64,000 bases of DNA from the human T2T-CHM13v2.0 reference genome, Homo sapiens: the NCBI RefSeq assembly GCF_009914755.1, contig NC_060932.1; one strand, written 5' to 3'. Positions within the stretch are counted from its first letter, which is position 1; every line of letters starts with the position of its first letter. Positions 42,753 through 58,634 of this stretch are shown here, one piece after another. The translations under genes were made by a program, and so were the position numbers. The notes under the pieces were generated by a model, which was not told the origin of the DNA, searched no databases, and saw nothing but the letters and a program-made list of their open reading frames with translations.

Positions 42753-45700
42753 AGATGTTATTTGCAAGCCTCATGGTAATTAAATTAAAAAATAAAAAAA
42801 CTACAAAGTTACACAAAAAATAAAAAGCAAGAAATTAAAACATGCCACCAAAGAAAATCACTTTCATAAAAAGGAAGACAGGAAAGAAGGAAATAATGAA
42901 GAGAAGACCACAAAACAACCAGAAAATAAATAAGAAAATGACAGTATTAAATCCTTACCTATTAATAATAACATGGGATATAAATGGACTAAATTCTCCA
43001 ACCAAAACACAGAGACTGGCTAAATGGATGTTTCAGTATACACTATCATTCCGTGTGATAAATCATATCAACACAATGAAGGACAAAATCATATGATCAT
43101 TTTAATTGATGCTTAAAGGCATTTGATAAAACTCAACTATAGGCACCTACATCAAAAAAAGTGAAAAAACTTCCAATAAACAACCTAACAATGCATCTTA
43201 AAGAAGTAGAAAAGCTAGTTCATGATAAAAAACCCTCAAAAACTGGGTACACAAGGAACACACCTCAACACAAGAAAAGTCATATATAACAGACCCACAG
43301 CTAGTATCAGTCTGAATGAGGAGATCTGAAACAAGAATGCCCACTTTCACCACTATTATTCAATATAGTACTGGAAGTCCTAGCTAGGAGCAATCAGACA
43401 AGAGAAATAAATAAAGTGTATCCAAATTGGAAAGAAAGATGTCAAATTATCCTTATTTGCAGATGATATGAACTTATATTTGGAAAAACCTAAAGACTCC
43501 ACCAAAAAACTATTCAAACTGATAAGCAAATTCAGTAAAGTTTGAGGATAGAAAATCAATATACAATAATCAGTAGCATTCCTATAAGACAACATCAAAC
43601 AATATGAAAAAGAAATCAAGAAAGTGATTCCATTTATAATAGCTACAAATAAAATAAAATACATAGGAATAAATATAACCAAAGATAAGGACAATCTCTC
43701 TGTGAAAACTATAAAACATCGATGAAAGAAATTGAAGAGGACACAAAAAATGGAAAAATATTCCATGTTCATGAATTGGAAGAAACAATATTATTAAAAT
43801 GTTGATGCTACACAGAACAATCTACAAATTCAGTGCAGTCCCTATCAAAATATCAATAACATTCTTCACAGAAACAGAAAAAAAAAACTCTAAAATTAAT
43901 ATGGAACCACAAAAGATCCAGAATAGCCAAAGCAATCCTGAGCAAAAATAACAAAACTAGGGAATCACTTTACCTGAAAATTAACTACAGAGCTATAGTA
44001 ACCAAAATAGCATGGTTCTGGCATAAAAACACACAGATAGACCAATGGAACAGAAAGGAGCCCAGAAATAAATCCATATATCTACATAGAACTCATTTTC
44101 GACAAAAGTGCCAAAAATATATATTAGGGAAAGAACAGTCTCTTTAATAAATGGTGCCCGAAAACTATATTCATATTCAGAAGAATGAAACTAGATCCTT
44201 ATCTCTTTCCACATACAAAAATCAAATCAGGCCGGGCACGGTGTCTTATGCCTGTAATTCCAACACTTCAGGATGCCGAAGCTGACAGATCACATGAGGC
44301 CAGGAGTTTGAAACTAGCCTGGCCAACATGGCGAAACTCCATCTCAACTAAAAACACAAAAATTAGCCGCATGTGGTGGTGTGCCACTGCAATCCCAGGG
44401 AATGGGGTGGCTTAGGCAGGAGAATCACTTGAACCCAGGAGGCAGAGGCTGCAGTGAGCCAAGATCACACCACTGCCCTCCAGCTTGGGCAACAGAGCAA
44501 GACCCTGCCTAAAAAAAGAAAAACAAAATCAAATCAAAATGGATTAAAGATGTAAATCTGAGACCTCAAGCTATAAAATGGCTGACAGAAAACATTGGGA
44601 AGACTCTCTAGGAAATTGGTTTGGGCAATGATTTCTTGAGTAATACCCTATAAGCACAGGCAACTAAAGCAAAAATGGACAAATGGGATCATATCAAGTT
44701 AGAAAGCTTCTGCCCAGCAAAAGAAGCAATCAACAAAGTGAAGAGACAGCCCACAGAATGGGAGAAAATATTTGCAAACTATTCATCTGACAAGGGATTC
44801 ATAACCAGAATATATAAGAAGTTCAAACAACTCAAGAGGAAAAAGAATCTAGTAATCCTATTTTTTAAATTGGCAAAAGATCTGAAAAGACATTTTCAAA
44901 AGAAGACATACAAATGGCAACCAGGTATATAAAAGTGCTCAATATCATTGATTATCAGACAAATGCAAATGAAAACTACAATGGGATACCATCTCACCCC
45001 AGTTATATACTTTTATCCAAAAGACAGGCAATAATAAATGCTGGCAAGGATGTGCAGAAAAGGCAACCCTTGTACAGTGTTGGTGGGAATGTAAATTATT
45101 AATACAGCCACTATAGAGAATGGTATGGAGCTTCCCCAAAACACTAAAATAGGGCTACCAAATGATCCAGCAATCTGACTGTTAGGCATATACCCAAAAG
45201 AGAGGAAATCAGCATATTGAAGCAGTATCTTCACTCTTAGATTTATTGTGGTATAATAGCCAAGATTTAGAAGCAAATTACGTGTCCATCACCAGACAAA
45301 TGGATAAAGAAAATGCAGTACATATACACAATGGAGTATGATTCAGCCATAAAAAAGAATAAGATCCTGTCATTTGCAAGAACTAGAGGACATGGATGGA
45401 ACTAGAGGACATTATGTTAAATGAAATAAGCCAGGCACAGAAAGACAAACTTCACATGTTCTTACTCATTTGTGGGCACTAATAATTAAAATAATTGAAC
45501 TCATGGAAATAGAGAGCAGAATGATGGCTGGGAAGGGTAGAGGGGAGGCAAGGTGAGTGGGGATGGTTAATGGTACAAAAATATAGTTCAATAGAATAAA
45601 TAAGATCTAATATTTGATATCACAATAGGGTTACTTCAGTCAACAATAACTTATAGTACATTTTCAAATAACTAAAAGTGTATGACTGGAATGTTCTTAA

Positions 45701-45850
45701 CACAAAGAAATTATAAGTGAGGTAATAAATGTCCCACTCACCCTGATGTGATTATTACGCATTGTATGCCTACATCAAAACATTTCATGTACCCTATACA
45801 CGTATATATGTACTATATACCTATAAAAATTAAAAATAGAAAAAAATTAA
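42753..45850 (+). mobile_element. L1MA-type element (ORF2 remnants plus 3' UTR), with an AluS at 44230-44523
   Basis: FADDM-type RT motif (ttatttgcagatgatatg), [13 protein letters not shown]...[15 protein letters not shown]1MA 3' end; internal deletions. Confidence 0.9.
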
Positions 45851-47242
45851 ACATTTTAAAATGAGAAATATGATAAATCCAGAAAAAATACATTTTATTG
45901 TAATAATATATGATTTATTTTCACACTATTACACTAGCAGCAGATGTCACTTTTTCAGATGGCCTTTGTTTCTCTGCCATACTCTCTTGTTTGTGCAAAG
46001 ACCAACCTAGCACCCAACAGTGTCAAAGCTAAATAAATGTTTGTTGAATGAAAAAAAAAAAGAATACACCAGGTAGTTCCTCAAATTTATTTGACCATGG
46101 AGGTAATGTTTTACGAGCTTCTGTCTAGAGAGCCTAATTCTCAACAGAACATATTTAGGGAAATATTGGCTTATAGTATTAAAAACATAATTCAACAAGT
46201 AATTATTGAGCATGAATTATATTCTAGCCCTATGGCAATCATTCCATGCTTATAGAAAAGTAGACTAAAGTCCTCATTTCAAGTAGTTTGCAGGCTCTTG
46301 GTAAATAAACAACAGGAAATATATAGCAAGTCACAGCGGTTTACACAGAATATAAATGAGCATTTGCCTGAGACAAAACAATTATTTAATATTCAATATA
46401 GAGTCTGACATATTTATTCAATGCAAGTGTCCATTCTGGTGACCAGTCACAATTTCATTTTTAAGGATGTAAAATATTTAATAGAGGAGAAGAATCCTTT
46501 CTTTCAGTCTAAAGTGTTCCCCAGTGAAATTTGAATTTTACTGTTTCCTCCTCCCACAGAATTGAATAAAACAACTGCCTGACTAAAGAGGAGGTATCTT
46601 ATGGTTTAACTGATTAAAGCTCCACTACCAAAATAGGGGGAAAAAACAATCTCTAGAAACAAGTTTCAAATTAAAATAGGTGTTTTGGACTTTTTTATTC
46701 CTCAGTTTTTTTCAGCCATATCATAAATGTTTAGATTGACAAATATGATCCAAGTAAAATCATCACATAATGATCCCCTTAAAACAAATGTCATTTTGTA
46801 CAGTTAATTTTTTATTATTCTTTGGCACCTGCTAAGCTTCTTTCAAATGAAAAACTATACTCTTGCTGGCACGTTACTGGTGTAATGTCCCGAAATATGT
46901 TAATATTATTCATGATTTTGTTCTTAAGTACATTTTAACTGAATTATCTTGAGTTAGGATATAAACAAAATGACTATGACAAATAAATGTTTGAAAAAAG
47001 AAATTGATGTAATTTCTTTAATGTTTATTCTTCTATTACAAAGTTTGAGGAAATATAAGAATCACATTTTCATCATTTCTTTTCGATACTATTTATTTTT
47101 TATCTGAGACCATTTAGTTTAACCATCTGCCTAAATCAAAATGTACAGGATAGGTCATTAGGTCTACTCGTTGTTCCATTAATCATCATTTTAAAACAGC
47201 TTCTGCCGTGCTTGGGAAAGGCTGACTTGTGTTAAGTAATAT

Positions 47243-47258
47243 ACGCCCTCTAGTGGAT
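47243..47258 (-). promoter_or_regulatory. Candidate CTCF motif
   Basis: Minus strand reads CCACTAGAGGGCG, a close match to the CTCF core consensus; motif only. Confidence 0.45.
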
Positions 47259-47304
47259 GAAGATGGAGAAGAAAGTATTTGAGTTTTTCACTTAGGGCTA
47301 GTTA

Positions 47305-47689
<385 letters not shown>

Positions 47690-48035
47690 CATTTTGTTAT
47701 GTTAAATTTACAAAGGCTCCATCAAGTAGTGTATGAATTTTCCTTGTGGTTTAATTTCATCTCCGTTATTGTCTTTTTGTGCCATCATGGTTCTCTTCAT
47801 CTTTAAAGTCAGCCAACAAATATTTATTGGATGCCTGCCATGTGCCAGGCATAGCTCTATGCACTTGGGATGTAGCAGTGAGTGAACAAAACAATTTGAA
47901 ATCCTGTAATTGTAAAATTTAAAACAATATCAGATAATGATCATTGTGTGGTTCCTACATACCAGACCACATAGTTATTTGCAATTATTATTGAATCGAA
48001 TGCCCAAGAACCCTGTTTAAAAACTGAGGAGCTTA

Positions 48036-48332
<297 letters not shown>

Positions 48333-48792
48333 GAAGAAGAAGAAGAGGAAAGAGAAGAGAGAAGAAGAGGGAGAGGAAGGAGAAGGAGAAGAAGAAGAAG
48401 AAGACAACAACTCAGGTGCTAAGACACTTGCCAAAGATCACACAGAAAATCCGAAACTTGTGGCCTTGTTTTGAATTTTATTACGGTATTTAAAAACTTT
48501 TCCCCTGCAGCTAAAGTGTATGCTCCATGAGGGCAGGGACGGTATCTACTTGTTCATCACCATAACCCTGGGACCTGAAACCTGCCACTGGGTTCTCCAG
48601 AAATATCTGGTTAAATGACTTAAGGATAATGAAATAAATGAGCAGAGAGCTGAACTCTGGACTAATTGACACCAAAGCCCTTCTCACCAATGTCTCTACT
48701 GCCTGCATGAGTGTCCAGAAAACAGGAAGCAACCCCTTACTGGATGGCTCAATTGAATTATTTCAGAGCTATATGTCGGTTCCACTTTTTTA

Positions 48793-49175
<383 letters not shown>

Positions 49176-50154
49176 TTAAGCAGAATCTCCTTTGCCAATT
49201 CTCCTGAGTTTTACCACTAGAGAAAACAGGGAGAAGCCAAAGTGCCTTCACCCATGAAGGAATGTATTCCCCTTAAAGGGCCATTCATGCTCTTGGGCTG
49301 GAGAGTGGAGCTGGACAGAATTGAGCTTCCCTTTCACTTGCTGAGAAACCTGCTGTGAGTAGCCTCTCATGCCAGTATAAATGGGTTCATTTCCATGGTA
49401 ATATTTTGTTATGTATTTTATAGTAGTTATTTCCTTGATCATTATATGCTCTATACCATTATTTGCCACTAACCTGGTGACTTAAGAGTACGATAGCTGT
49501 CGTTCAGATTTATTAACCTTTCTTCGTATGTTTGAAAGTCATTATGAGTGTACTGGCTTAAGCTAATAGCAGATTAGTAAATATTGAAAGAGTCATCTTG
49601 CCATTTGAAGTGTTTTCTGGCTAGAATAAATGTTTGTTCAGGTTGTAGCCCTGCCCAGGTAATCACCAGGTAAAAATACAGGATCAACTTCCAGTGCTGG
49701 AACAAGCAGGATAAATTACTAGGTGCAGGAATGGGTTTTATGGTGGCTCTCTCTTAACCTATTATTTAGGTTTATATTTTAAAGGGGAATTATCTATGCT
49801 TGCTCCTATTACACTGGACAGAGTAAAACAAACCAAAAGAAGGAAACAGAACAAAGGTTACTTCAGGACAATAGTTATAAAAATAAAACCAAACAGGGTG
49901 ATCCCAAATATCACAAATCGGGAGGCCTAGCCTGTCATCCAAACTTTATTACAATCACAGGGGTGGTTCTCCTCTCCTTGTTAAGTCTTTTCTGTATGAC
50001 GAGTTTTGAAAGATAAATTTGCCAATTGATTCCTTGCAGTTCTTCCTTCGTGTCACCTGATTGTTTTCTCCATAGTCAAATTGTGCTCTTAATTGATAAC
50101 CAACATCTTAGGTCAAGATATCAGTTCCTGGTGGGTTTAAATGCTTTCAGTCAC

Positions 50155-50454
50155 TTTTATTTTTTATTTTTTATTTTTTTATGATGGAGTCTCTGTTGCC
50201 CAGGCTGGAATGCAGTGGCTCTATCTCGGCTCACTGCAAGCTCCACCTCCCAGTTCAAGCAATTATCCTGCCTCAGCCTCCTGAGTAGCTGGGATTACGG
50301 GCACCTGCCACCATGGTCAGCTAATTTTTTGTATTTTTAGTAGAGATGTGGTTTCACCATGTTGGCCAGGTCTCGAACTCCTGACCTCAAGTGATCTGTC
50401 CACCTCGGCCTCCCAAAGTGCTGGGATTATAGGCATGAGCCACCGTGCCCAGCC
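50155..50454 (-). mobile_element. AluSx
   Basis: Reverse Alu; TSD tcagtcact. Confidence 0.9.
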
Positions 50455-51320
50455 TCAGTCACTATTTTTATTTTATACATAACAACCTCCCTGACAAGCC
50501 TTTCTTCAAGAGGATGGATCCACACTAAGATCCTCTAAGGAGGATCTTTTACCTCTGATCTCATCCTTTTGCACTTCTGCAATCACCTCTTTTCCCATAG
50601 TGTCAACTATCACCTCAGCAGAAAAATCTCAGTCTTCCTAATTCTCCCTTCCCAAACTCAGGTGGCGATTCCAGCTGCCCTCTGGGCATCTCTACTTGGA
50701 CTTCCTACTGTTGCTTGAATCTCCACATGCCCCCAAAAGAACTCATCCCCAAATCTGCTCCTGTGTCACCGTCTCCCTAATCTTTGCCAAAATCCCATGG
50801 ACGATATCTCCACGAAGAGTTTTGGATCTGTCCCCATCCTGTGAGTTTCTGCTGCCTACAGTCAGGTTTCCATCACTCATTCTTTCTTGGACTACTTTAA
50901 ATCTTTTAGCTGGCTTCAGTCATTTCCAAATATACCCCTGTCTGCATGCTGCTATTCAACAACCTCTAAATCCTATGTGCTAGCTGCCATCAATCTAGGC
51001 TCCACAGCCTTGAACAGTCCCATGGCAAATTAGAGAGAAACTCCTTGGCCCAGCCTGGCATCCAAGACACTGCACAACAGGTCCCTCCCAAGGGTTCCTT
51101 AGACTTACCCTGCATACTCCTTAAATCGGAGTTCTCACCCTTCCCTAAACTAACCAGTCCTTCTCTGTCTCCCAGGGTTTTCTCCTGGCGTTTCCCCTTC
51201 ATGGTATGCCAATCCCCGCTCCAGCTTTCCAGATTTCGTCAATTCTTTACGGCCTTAAATTCAAAAACCAACTTTTCCATGAGGTATTTCCAATTCCTCC
51301 TGAGAGTTTTCCTTACAAAT

Positions 51321-51612
51321 CTTTTTTGTTTTGTCTGGTTTTGAGACAGAGTCTCACTCTGTTGCCCAGGCTGGACTGCAGTGGTGAGATCACAGCTCAC
51401 TGCAGCTTCTACTTTGCAGGCTCAGGCAATTCTCCTGTTTAGCATCCTGAGTAGCTAGGACCACAGGCACATACCACCACACCTGGCTAATTTTTAAAAC
51501 TACTTGCAGAAATAGGCATCTCCCTATGTTGCCCAGGCTAGTTTCAAACTCCTGGGCTCCTACCTCTGCCTCTCAAAGTGCTGGGATTACAGGTATGAGC
51601 CACCACACTGGC
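51321..51612 (-). mobile_element. AluJ (copy-B specific)
   Basis: Reverse AluJ; TSD caaatcttt; empty site at ~222-230. Confidence 0.88.
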
Positions 51613-52361
51613 ACCTCCAAATCTTTATAGCAGATAATTGGTCTTATTCCATCAAACTTTCCTTATATTCTTCTTCTTAATATTGTAGCTAATTACATTA
51701 AATCATGTATATTAACTGCCAGGTGCTCACTAAATACTGCTTTTATTAACTATCATTATCCAAAGGGAGAGCACTCAGCCTTCCCATCTCTAGACCCCTG
51801 CAGTGCCCTGCCCATACCTTCAGAAAACAGGTGCTCCTAAGATTGGTTGAAATGAAGGACCTTGTCTTTAGGTGGGTCCCTTTGCTTAATACTTATCTCA
51901 GAATTTAGAAGCAGTTTAACAATCACTGTGCTGACTGACGGAGCACTAAAGGATATCCTCCATTAGATTAATCAGGCTCTAGGGTTTCAGCTGGACCAAA
52001 ACAGCCAAATTCTTACCGAATTATTATAAAGCTGCTCTTGGTATGGTGAAGTCCAGCTGACAGGGTTTCAGAACGCATGGAACCATGTTATAAGCAAGTA
52101 TCCAAAAAAGTGAAAACCCAGCAAATGCAGTCACACCCAACATTTTCAATCCTAAATTCCTAAGGCAGAAAGTGGCATCGGGCTACATCCCCTAATGTCT
52201 CCCTCAGGTTAGCTGAGAGGTCTCAAACGTTGATCTCACTGGATCTTCTTCATGGTAATGACTGGGGAGAGTAATACAAGATAAGAAGATCTGGTTTACC
52301 TGGCCTGGCCGTAACACATGACCACTTGTCAGATAAATCAAATAGTCTCTCTATGTGGTAT

Positions 52362-52714
52362 TGAGGCAGGAAAATAGGGGCTGGAGGGAGGGAATGTAAG
52401 GCCAATTCACACTTCAGCTATAACAGGAAATATCCTCTCCATAGGGCATATGCCTAAATGACTTTGTAACTTTACTTCATCCTCTCCATTTACATAGGGC
52501 GTACTGCAAGTAACCATGGGGATTCTCTCGGGGGTATTTAAACTCCCAAAAATTCTGTAACAGGGCCTTTGAGCCCCTGTGCTCAGGCCCGCTCCCACAC
52601 GGTGGAGCGTACTTTCATTTTTTACTAAAACCCTCCATTCTTTCCTTGCTTTGCACATTTTGTCCAATTCTTTGTTCAAGATGCCAAGAACCTGGACACC
52701 CTCTACAGTTAACA
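52362..52714 (+). mobile_element. MER61A-like ERV1 solo LTR (copy-B specific)
   Basis: tgaggcaggaaaatagggg...cacttcagctataacaggaaatatcctctccatagggc...gttaaca; empty site at ~2158. Confidence 0.8.
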
Positions 52715-53084
52715 GTGTAATTCTTAGGCTCAACCCCATTTATGGTGATTCTCACAGGTAGGGTGGTTGTAGTACAGATAGAAAAATGGAAAGTGAATTT
52801 CCTCTTATGGAAACATATCAAAACAATCTAGGGGAGGCCTTCACTCCCAGGAATTCTCAGAATTACTCTCTAAAGCTGTTGTAAATTAATGCCTTCATAG
52901 GGATTAGCTAGTAGGTAACAAAGACAACTAAGGTGGAAAGGTTTGTAGCCAAGCAAGAAAGGGCACAAAAGAGGGTAAGGATTTGTCCTATCATCCACAT
53001 TACTGTTTCACATGAGCTTTCTAGCAAGTACATGTACCATGAATTGAATGAAGAGCAACAAGGAAGTACAGTTGTTTCTTTTCT

Positions 53085-53561
53085 CTTCTTTTTTTTTGAG
53101 ACGGAGTCTTGCTCTGTTGCCCAGGCTGGAGTGCAGTGGCACAATCTTGGCTCACTGCAAGCTCAGCCTCCCGAGTTCATGCCATTCTCCTGCCTCAGCC
53201 TCCTGAGTGGCTGGAACTACAGGCGCCCACCACCACTCCCCGCTAATTTTTTTTTTTTTGTATTTTTAGTAGAGACAGGGTTTTTGAGACAGCGTCTCAC
53301 TCTGTCACTCAGGCTGGAGTGCAGTGGTGCTATATAAATCACTGTAACCTCCAACTGCTGAGCTCAAGCATCTTCATTCCTCAGACTCCTTAGCTAGGAA
53401 TACAGGTGCATGCTGCCACACTCATCTAATTTTTAAAATTTCATATAGATGGGGTCTTGCTATGTTGCCCAGGCTGGTCTCAAAATCCTGGCCTCAAGTG
53501 GCCTTTCTGCCTCAGCCTCCTAAAGGGCTGGCATTCCAGGCAGGAGCCACTGAACCCAGCC
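53085..53561 (-). mobile_element. 5'-truncated AluY/Sc inserted in the tail of an AluJ
   Basis: Young-type right arm at 53090-53283 runs directly into the J-type element at 53284-53561; outer TSD acagttg. Confidence 0.8.
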
Positions 53562-53680
53562 AACAGTTGCTTTTGGATGGAAAAGTAAAAAGTCATTCAC
53601 TGGTCAATAAACGCAATAGTTTTCTAATTCACATGCATGACTTCCTCTCATCTACTTAAATGACACATACATACACAACA

Positions 53681-53716
<36 letters not shown>

Positions 53717-54854
53717 CCTTCTCCAGGTTTGCAAAGGGTGCTTACTCTGCACCAGTTGCCAAGAATACCTTGTTCTCTACAGAAGCTGAGTGTAATAACT
53801 ATTTTTCTATTTGTCTGGCTATCTACTTGCCTGTTTCTTGCCATGTTTCAAAAAAGACTTAAGATGGCTTGTGTGGATATGTCATATGACAAGAACTTAA
53901 ATTAGAAGTGAAATGAAAATAGAAATAAAAACAAACCAAAGGTAAACCCACAGCAGACAAAGAAATAACTAAAAATCATAATGCTCCACACATCTGCTAC
54001 CAGCGAACCACAAATTTACCTCTAAGCTTTCCAGTGGCCAAATTTGAAGAGAAGCCTAGTCAATTACATAATTCCTCTCTATAAAAGGGATTCCCAAATT
54101 TTGTGTGCATCTGAATCACCTGAAGAGTTTATAAAACTAGAATCACTGAGGCCCCACTTACAGAATTTCAAATTCTGTAGATCTAGGATGCGATGCTGGA
54201 ACTTATAATTTCATCAAGTTCTCACTAATCGCTCAGGTAATAACAAATGAATCACTCAAGACAACAACAGTTATTTGTGATATTAAAATCATATAGGATT
54301 TTCTTCCAGGAAGTGGCAAAGAGAACCTTGTAAGATACAATGAATGAACACAGAGATGCGTTTCAGAGGTCATGGGCTGTTGCTTACAATAAACAATAAC
54401 CTTCAAGATAGACTTTTACAGAGCTATTTAAAAGTGATTATGTTGGGATTTGGTGAAAGTGGGACCAAGACAAAAGTTATGTTTCCCATGAAGTTTTTTT
54501 TTTTTTTTACCAGTTTGTCTTGACCCAAGGTAGGAACTAAAAAGGACTTTATTCAGTCTCATTATCTTTCTACCAAGCATAAACTTAAGAACCCCTTAGT
54601 AAATATGATAGCAAGGCATACAAACTGCAGGGCCTTGGCAGCACTGAGGTTTATCTACAAACTATAATGTGGTGTTGGAAGAATGTAATCTAGTTAATCA
54701 TATCTTTAAAGTTTATTCTCCCTCAGGGCTTGAATTGTGATGGAGGGAGGAAGCAGAGAGAGCAGGAATGGAAGGGACTGAGTTCATCACCACTATGGCA
54801 ATTGCTCTTTGTGAAGACCTAAGTCTGTTTTTAGTGGGCCCAAATCATCTAAAG

Positions 54855-55079
54855 CAAGCTTGTCTATCCTGACACCCACAGGCTGCATGTGGTCCAGGAT
54901 AGCTTTGAATGTGGACCAACACAAATTTGTAAACTTTCTTAAAACATTAAGACTTTTTTGCTTTTTTTGTTTAAGTTCATCAGCTATCATTAGTATTAGT
55001 GTTAGTGTATGTTATATGTAGCCCAAGACAATTCTTCTTCCAATGTGGCTCAGGGAAGCCAAAAGATTGGACACCCCTG
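54855..55079 (-). mobile_element. MER30 (hAT-Charlie MITE), copy-B specific
   Basis: Reverse reads caggggtgtccaatcttttggcttccctgagccacattggaagaagaattgtc...gacaagcttg; empty site at ~3810. Confidence 0.9.
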
Positions 55080-56061
55080 ATAAGTTCTCAATATGGTGAA
55101 GTTCTCAGTATACCTGAATTTTGCATGGTCATGTAAAGTTACATTCATTTTGATTTTGTAGCAGAACGGACAGAAATTTTATTATATTTTTCATATCTCA
55201 CATCTGTCCCTTTGAATCTGAAGTGAATCTGCAAGACTTTGGGGTTCTTCATAGCTTGGCTTTAAAACAAAAACAAATCAAGTACTAGATGGGCTGGTCT
55301 TTAGCTTTTCTGGGAAAGGGACAATTGGGGTGGTTCTAGGCAATCTATTATTTGCAGGCATGCATATATTATGGCTCTCAAACCTGAGTACAAGATGGCA
55401 TAAGAGAGGTGTCGTTAGGTATTGACACCTCAAGTATTCAACAAATATTTATAGAGGGCTTGTTATTAACCAAGCACTGTACTGGATGTTGAGAATACAA
55501 GAATGAGTAAAGGACCGCCTCCATCCTCCATGGTGTTCAGAGGGCCATCTTTCCCTACAAGAGGCAGTTATAACAAAGCAGGTAAGCCGTCTGAAGAAAT
55601 GCAGAGCACTCAGGAGAAGAAATATATCCACACTTCGGTGGTCAAAGGATTCTTGGAGGAAGCTAAAAGAAAGCTAAAACCAAATATGTGGGTAATATGT
55701 AAATAGATATTAAACATGTAAAGGTAGGTTAAGCCTGAGTTAAGATGAGGTTCAAAGGGGAAGGTAAGAGAGAGCATTACTAAAAACCAAATAAAGTGAA
55801 ACGAGCCAGCTTGTTGTGAAGGTTCATAAGCTAGAAGAAGGCATGCTGCAGAAGCTGAAAAAACTCCAATCTGACCTCTATGTATGTGAGGCTAGAGGTG
55901 AAAAGGCTGAGCGGCAAGGAGAGGGGACCAGATCGTGAATGGTCTTCTAATCCAAATTAAGGAATTTAGACTTTACCCCAAGAAAACTGAGAAACCATTA
56001 GGCTGGTGATCATGTATTTGCATTTAGAAAGATTACTTGAACCTCTACATCCCTCACACCT

Positions 56062-56392
56062 GGCCAGGCACGGTGGCTCATGCCTGTAACCCCAGGACTT
56101 TTCAGGCTGAGGCAGGAGGATTGTTTGAGACTAGGAGTTTGAGATCAGCCTGGGGAACACAGCAAGACCCAGTCTCTACAAAAAATTTAAAAATTAGCCA
56201 GGTGTCGTGGCACATGCCTGTAGTCCCAGCTATTTGGGAGACTGAGCGGGGAAGGTCAATAGGTCAACTGAGTCTATGAATTCGAGGTTACAGTGAGCCT
56301 GATGGCACCACTGCATTCTAAACAACAGAGCAAGACACTGTCATTCATTCATTCATTCATACACACATACATAAAGTATTAAAAAAAAAAAA
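56062..56392 (+). mobile_element. AluJ with (ATTC)n tail, copy-B specific
   Basis: TSD atccc(t/c)cacacct; empty site at ~6817-6828. Confidence 0.88.
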
Positions 56393-58634
56393 CAAATCCC
56401 CCACACCTCACCTTTATGTGTAAGGTCTGATGAGTGATGTTGTCAACTCTGAGGTAGCTGGATGAGTGCTGCCACTTCGAGGTCAGGGATATGAAGGTAT
56501 TTTACCAGTTATGAGAGACTAAATAAATGACAATATTATTACACTGCTCCTCAACGTAAGTAATGTATACTTCTCTCATACTGTTTCTCACATACCCCAC
56601 CTCCATTACTTCATCATCCAAGCAAACAGTTTCTGAGGAAAAAGAACAGGAAAGTGGGCATATAGTAGTATCAAAGCACCCCCTGCCTTGTATCCCTAGA
56701 GATATGAAAAGCTCCCTGAAAGGTAGGCAGGTATTTGTAAACGTTTTTATTAGTGAGTCAATTATTTAATAGGGATATTAACATATATTGTTGGAAAAGT
56801 GTTCTCAGGTGTGATAAGGAAGTATTTTGTTTTCTATATGTTTATGATTAATAAACATATTTTAACAGCTGAACCTTTAAGACAACTGAAATCCAAGCCA
56901 TAGTGTATACAGGGTGCCTACGGCTCTGCTGAAGGGAATGCTAGTTAACCCATGACCTGGAGTAATTCAATTTATGAAGAATTCTCTTGGTTTTAATACT
57001 ATATTACTAAACTCAAATATTGGCTAATGAGGTTATTTGAAGAAAAAATAAAGTGTTTCAGAAATGGAAATGTTTAATATGATTCCCTGTGTGCAGTTTG
57101 CCATCTAGTGTTAATTTGTGGAAATAAAAAAGGCAGGTATAATAATTTCCAAGCAGGCTCATCAGGTGGCAAAGGCATGGCTCACAGCAACATTTCCTTG
57201 TAAAGGTATCAAGTCATACCCTAAGACCCTCTGAGGTTTGTTGAGGTGGGTGAGTAGGTGAGTTGGCTACTTCTAAGAAATCAGTTATTCTTGGAAAACA
57301 AAATAATTCTCAATCCTGGCTGCCTGATATTGTTACCTGAAAACTTAAAAAAATATACAGATGGCCAGGCGACCCTCCAAACCTGGTCAGTCAGATCCAC
57401 TCAGGAGGGACCCCAGCAGTGGACGGTCTGTACCCTCCCCAGGTGGTTCCCATGTGCAGCTTGAGGGGGAGGATCCCTGGGCAGGGGGGTTAAGATTGCA
57501 CACCCTCGCTGTGTCACTGCAGGAGTGTCACCACTTACCTGTGTCACCTTAGCAGGGAAATTGGGCTAATTAAATATGTGCTTTGGTACAATGAAAATAA
57601 CTTCTCCTGGTGTTATTGTGAGGTTTAATTATCATCATGAATATTTAGTGCTTAACACAACACATGGTACAGTGCACTCAACAAATGCTAAATATCATAA
57701 ATAACATTATCAAGGAAAATATTTTAAGAGCTATTTAGAGGAAGAAACTACCTAAGAAATGAACATATTACATATGACATATTAGAAATTAGAACATATT
57801 ACCTATGAAATATTTCCATTCTTCTTAAACAGGTAGCCTTGTGGAATTGAATGCTGACACCCAGCTCAATCTGAAGGATGCCTCCTGAGACACATGTTAC
57901 TTCTTATCCAGTGCTGACCTAAAGTGATTTCCAATTATTTCCAATCTGTCTTTGGGTTCAAAATTTCCAATACCCTAGCAAATTTCACTTGTCTTGTTGA
58001 GTCAGATATCCTCTTCTGAAGTAAACAGAGAACAGAGTCACACCAACTACAGACATGGTGACAGTAAGCACAGCCATTTGTTGGGAGCAATTCCCAGAGA
58101 AAGGAGAATCACTGTGACTTTATCTTCACACTCATAAAAAAAATTAACCTATTATTACTGTAAGCTGTTCTGGGCAGAAGGAATATCACCTGAAAAAGTT
58201 CAGAGGAGGCCAGTGAAGAGCTATTGGTCCAGTCTGGCAGGAGTATTCAGTGGGAATGTTAGGTGGGGTCAAATGATAAAAAAAAACTTGGCTATGAAAA
58301 ATTGGATGTGAGGACTGGGGAAAGAGAAACATCAAATATATCAAATGCTAAACTTGAAAGGGCAGAGAAAAATGAAAACAGTTGAGTAGCAGAAAATTCT
58401 GAGCAAAAATTCATTTGTTTTATTTGAGACATATTGAAATCAAGTAGAGGATGGTCAGAAGGGGGCATCCAGGAAGGAGCAGGGCAGAGCAGAGGCAGTG
58501 GCAGGGAAGGGGTGAAATTCAGAAAGAAAATATGGGCTGTAGGTCAAGATTGAGTCAATAGAATGGATATGATGATTGAAGTCATGGGGCATGCATGAGT
58601 TTCCCTACAGTGACTTGATAGAAGAGAAACCACC

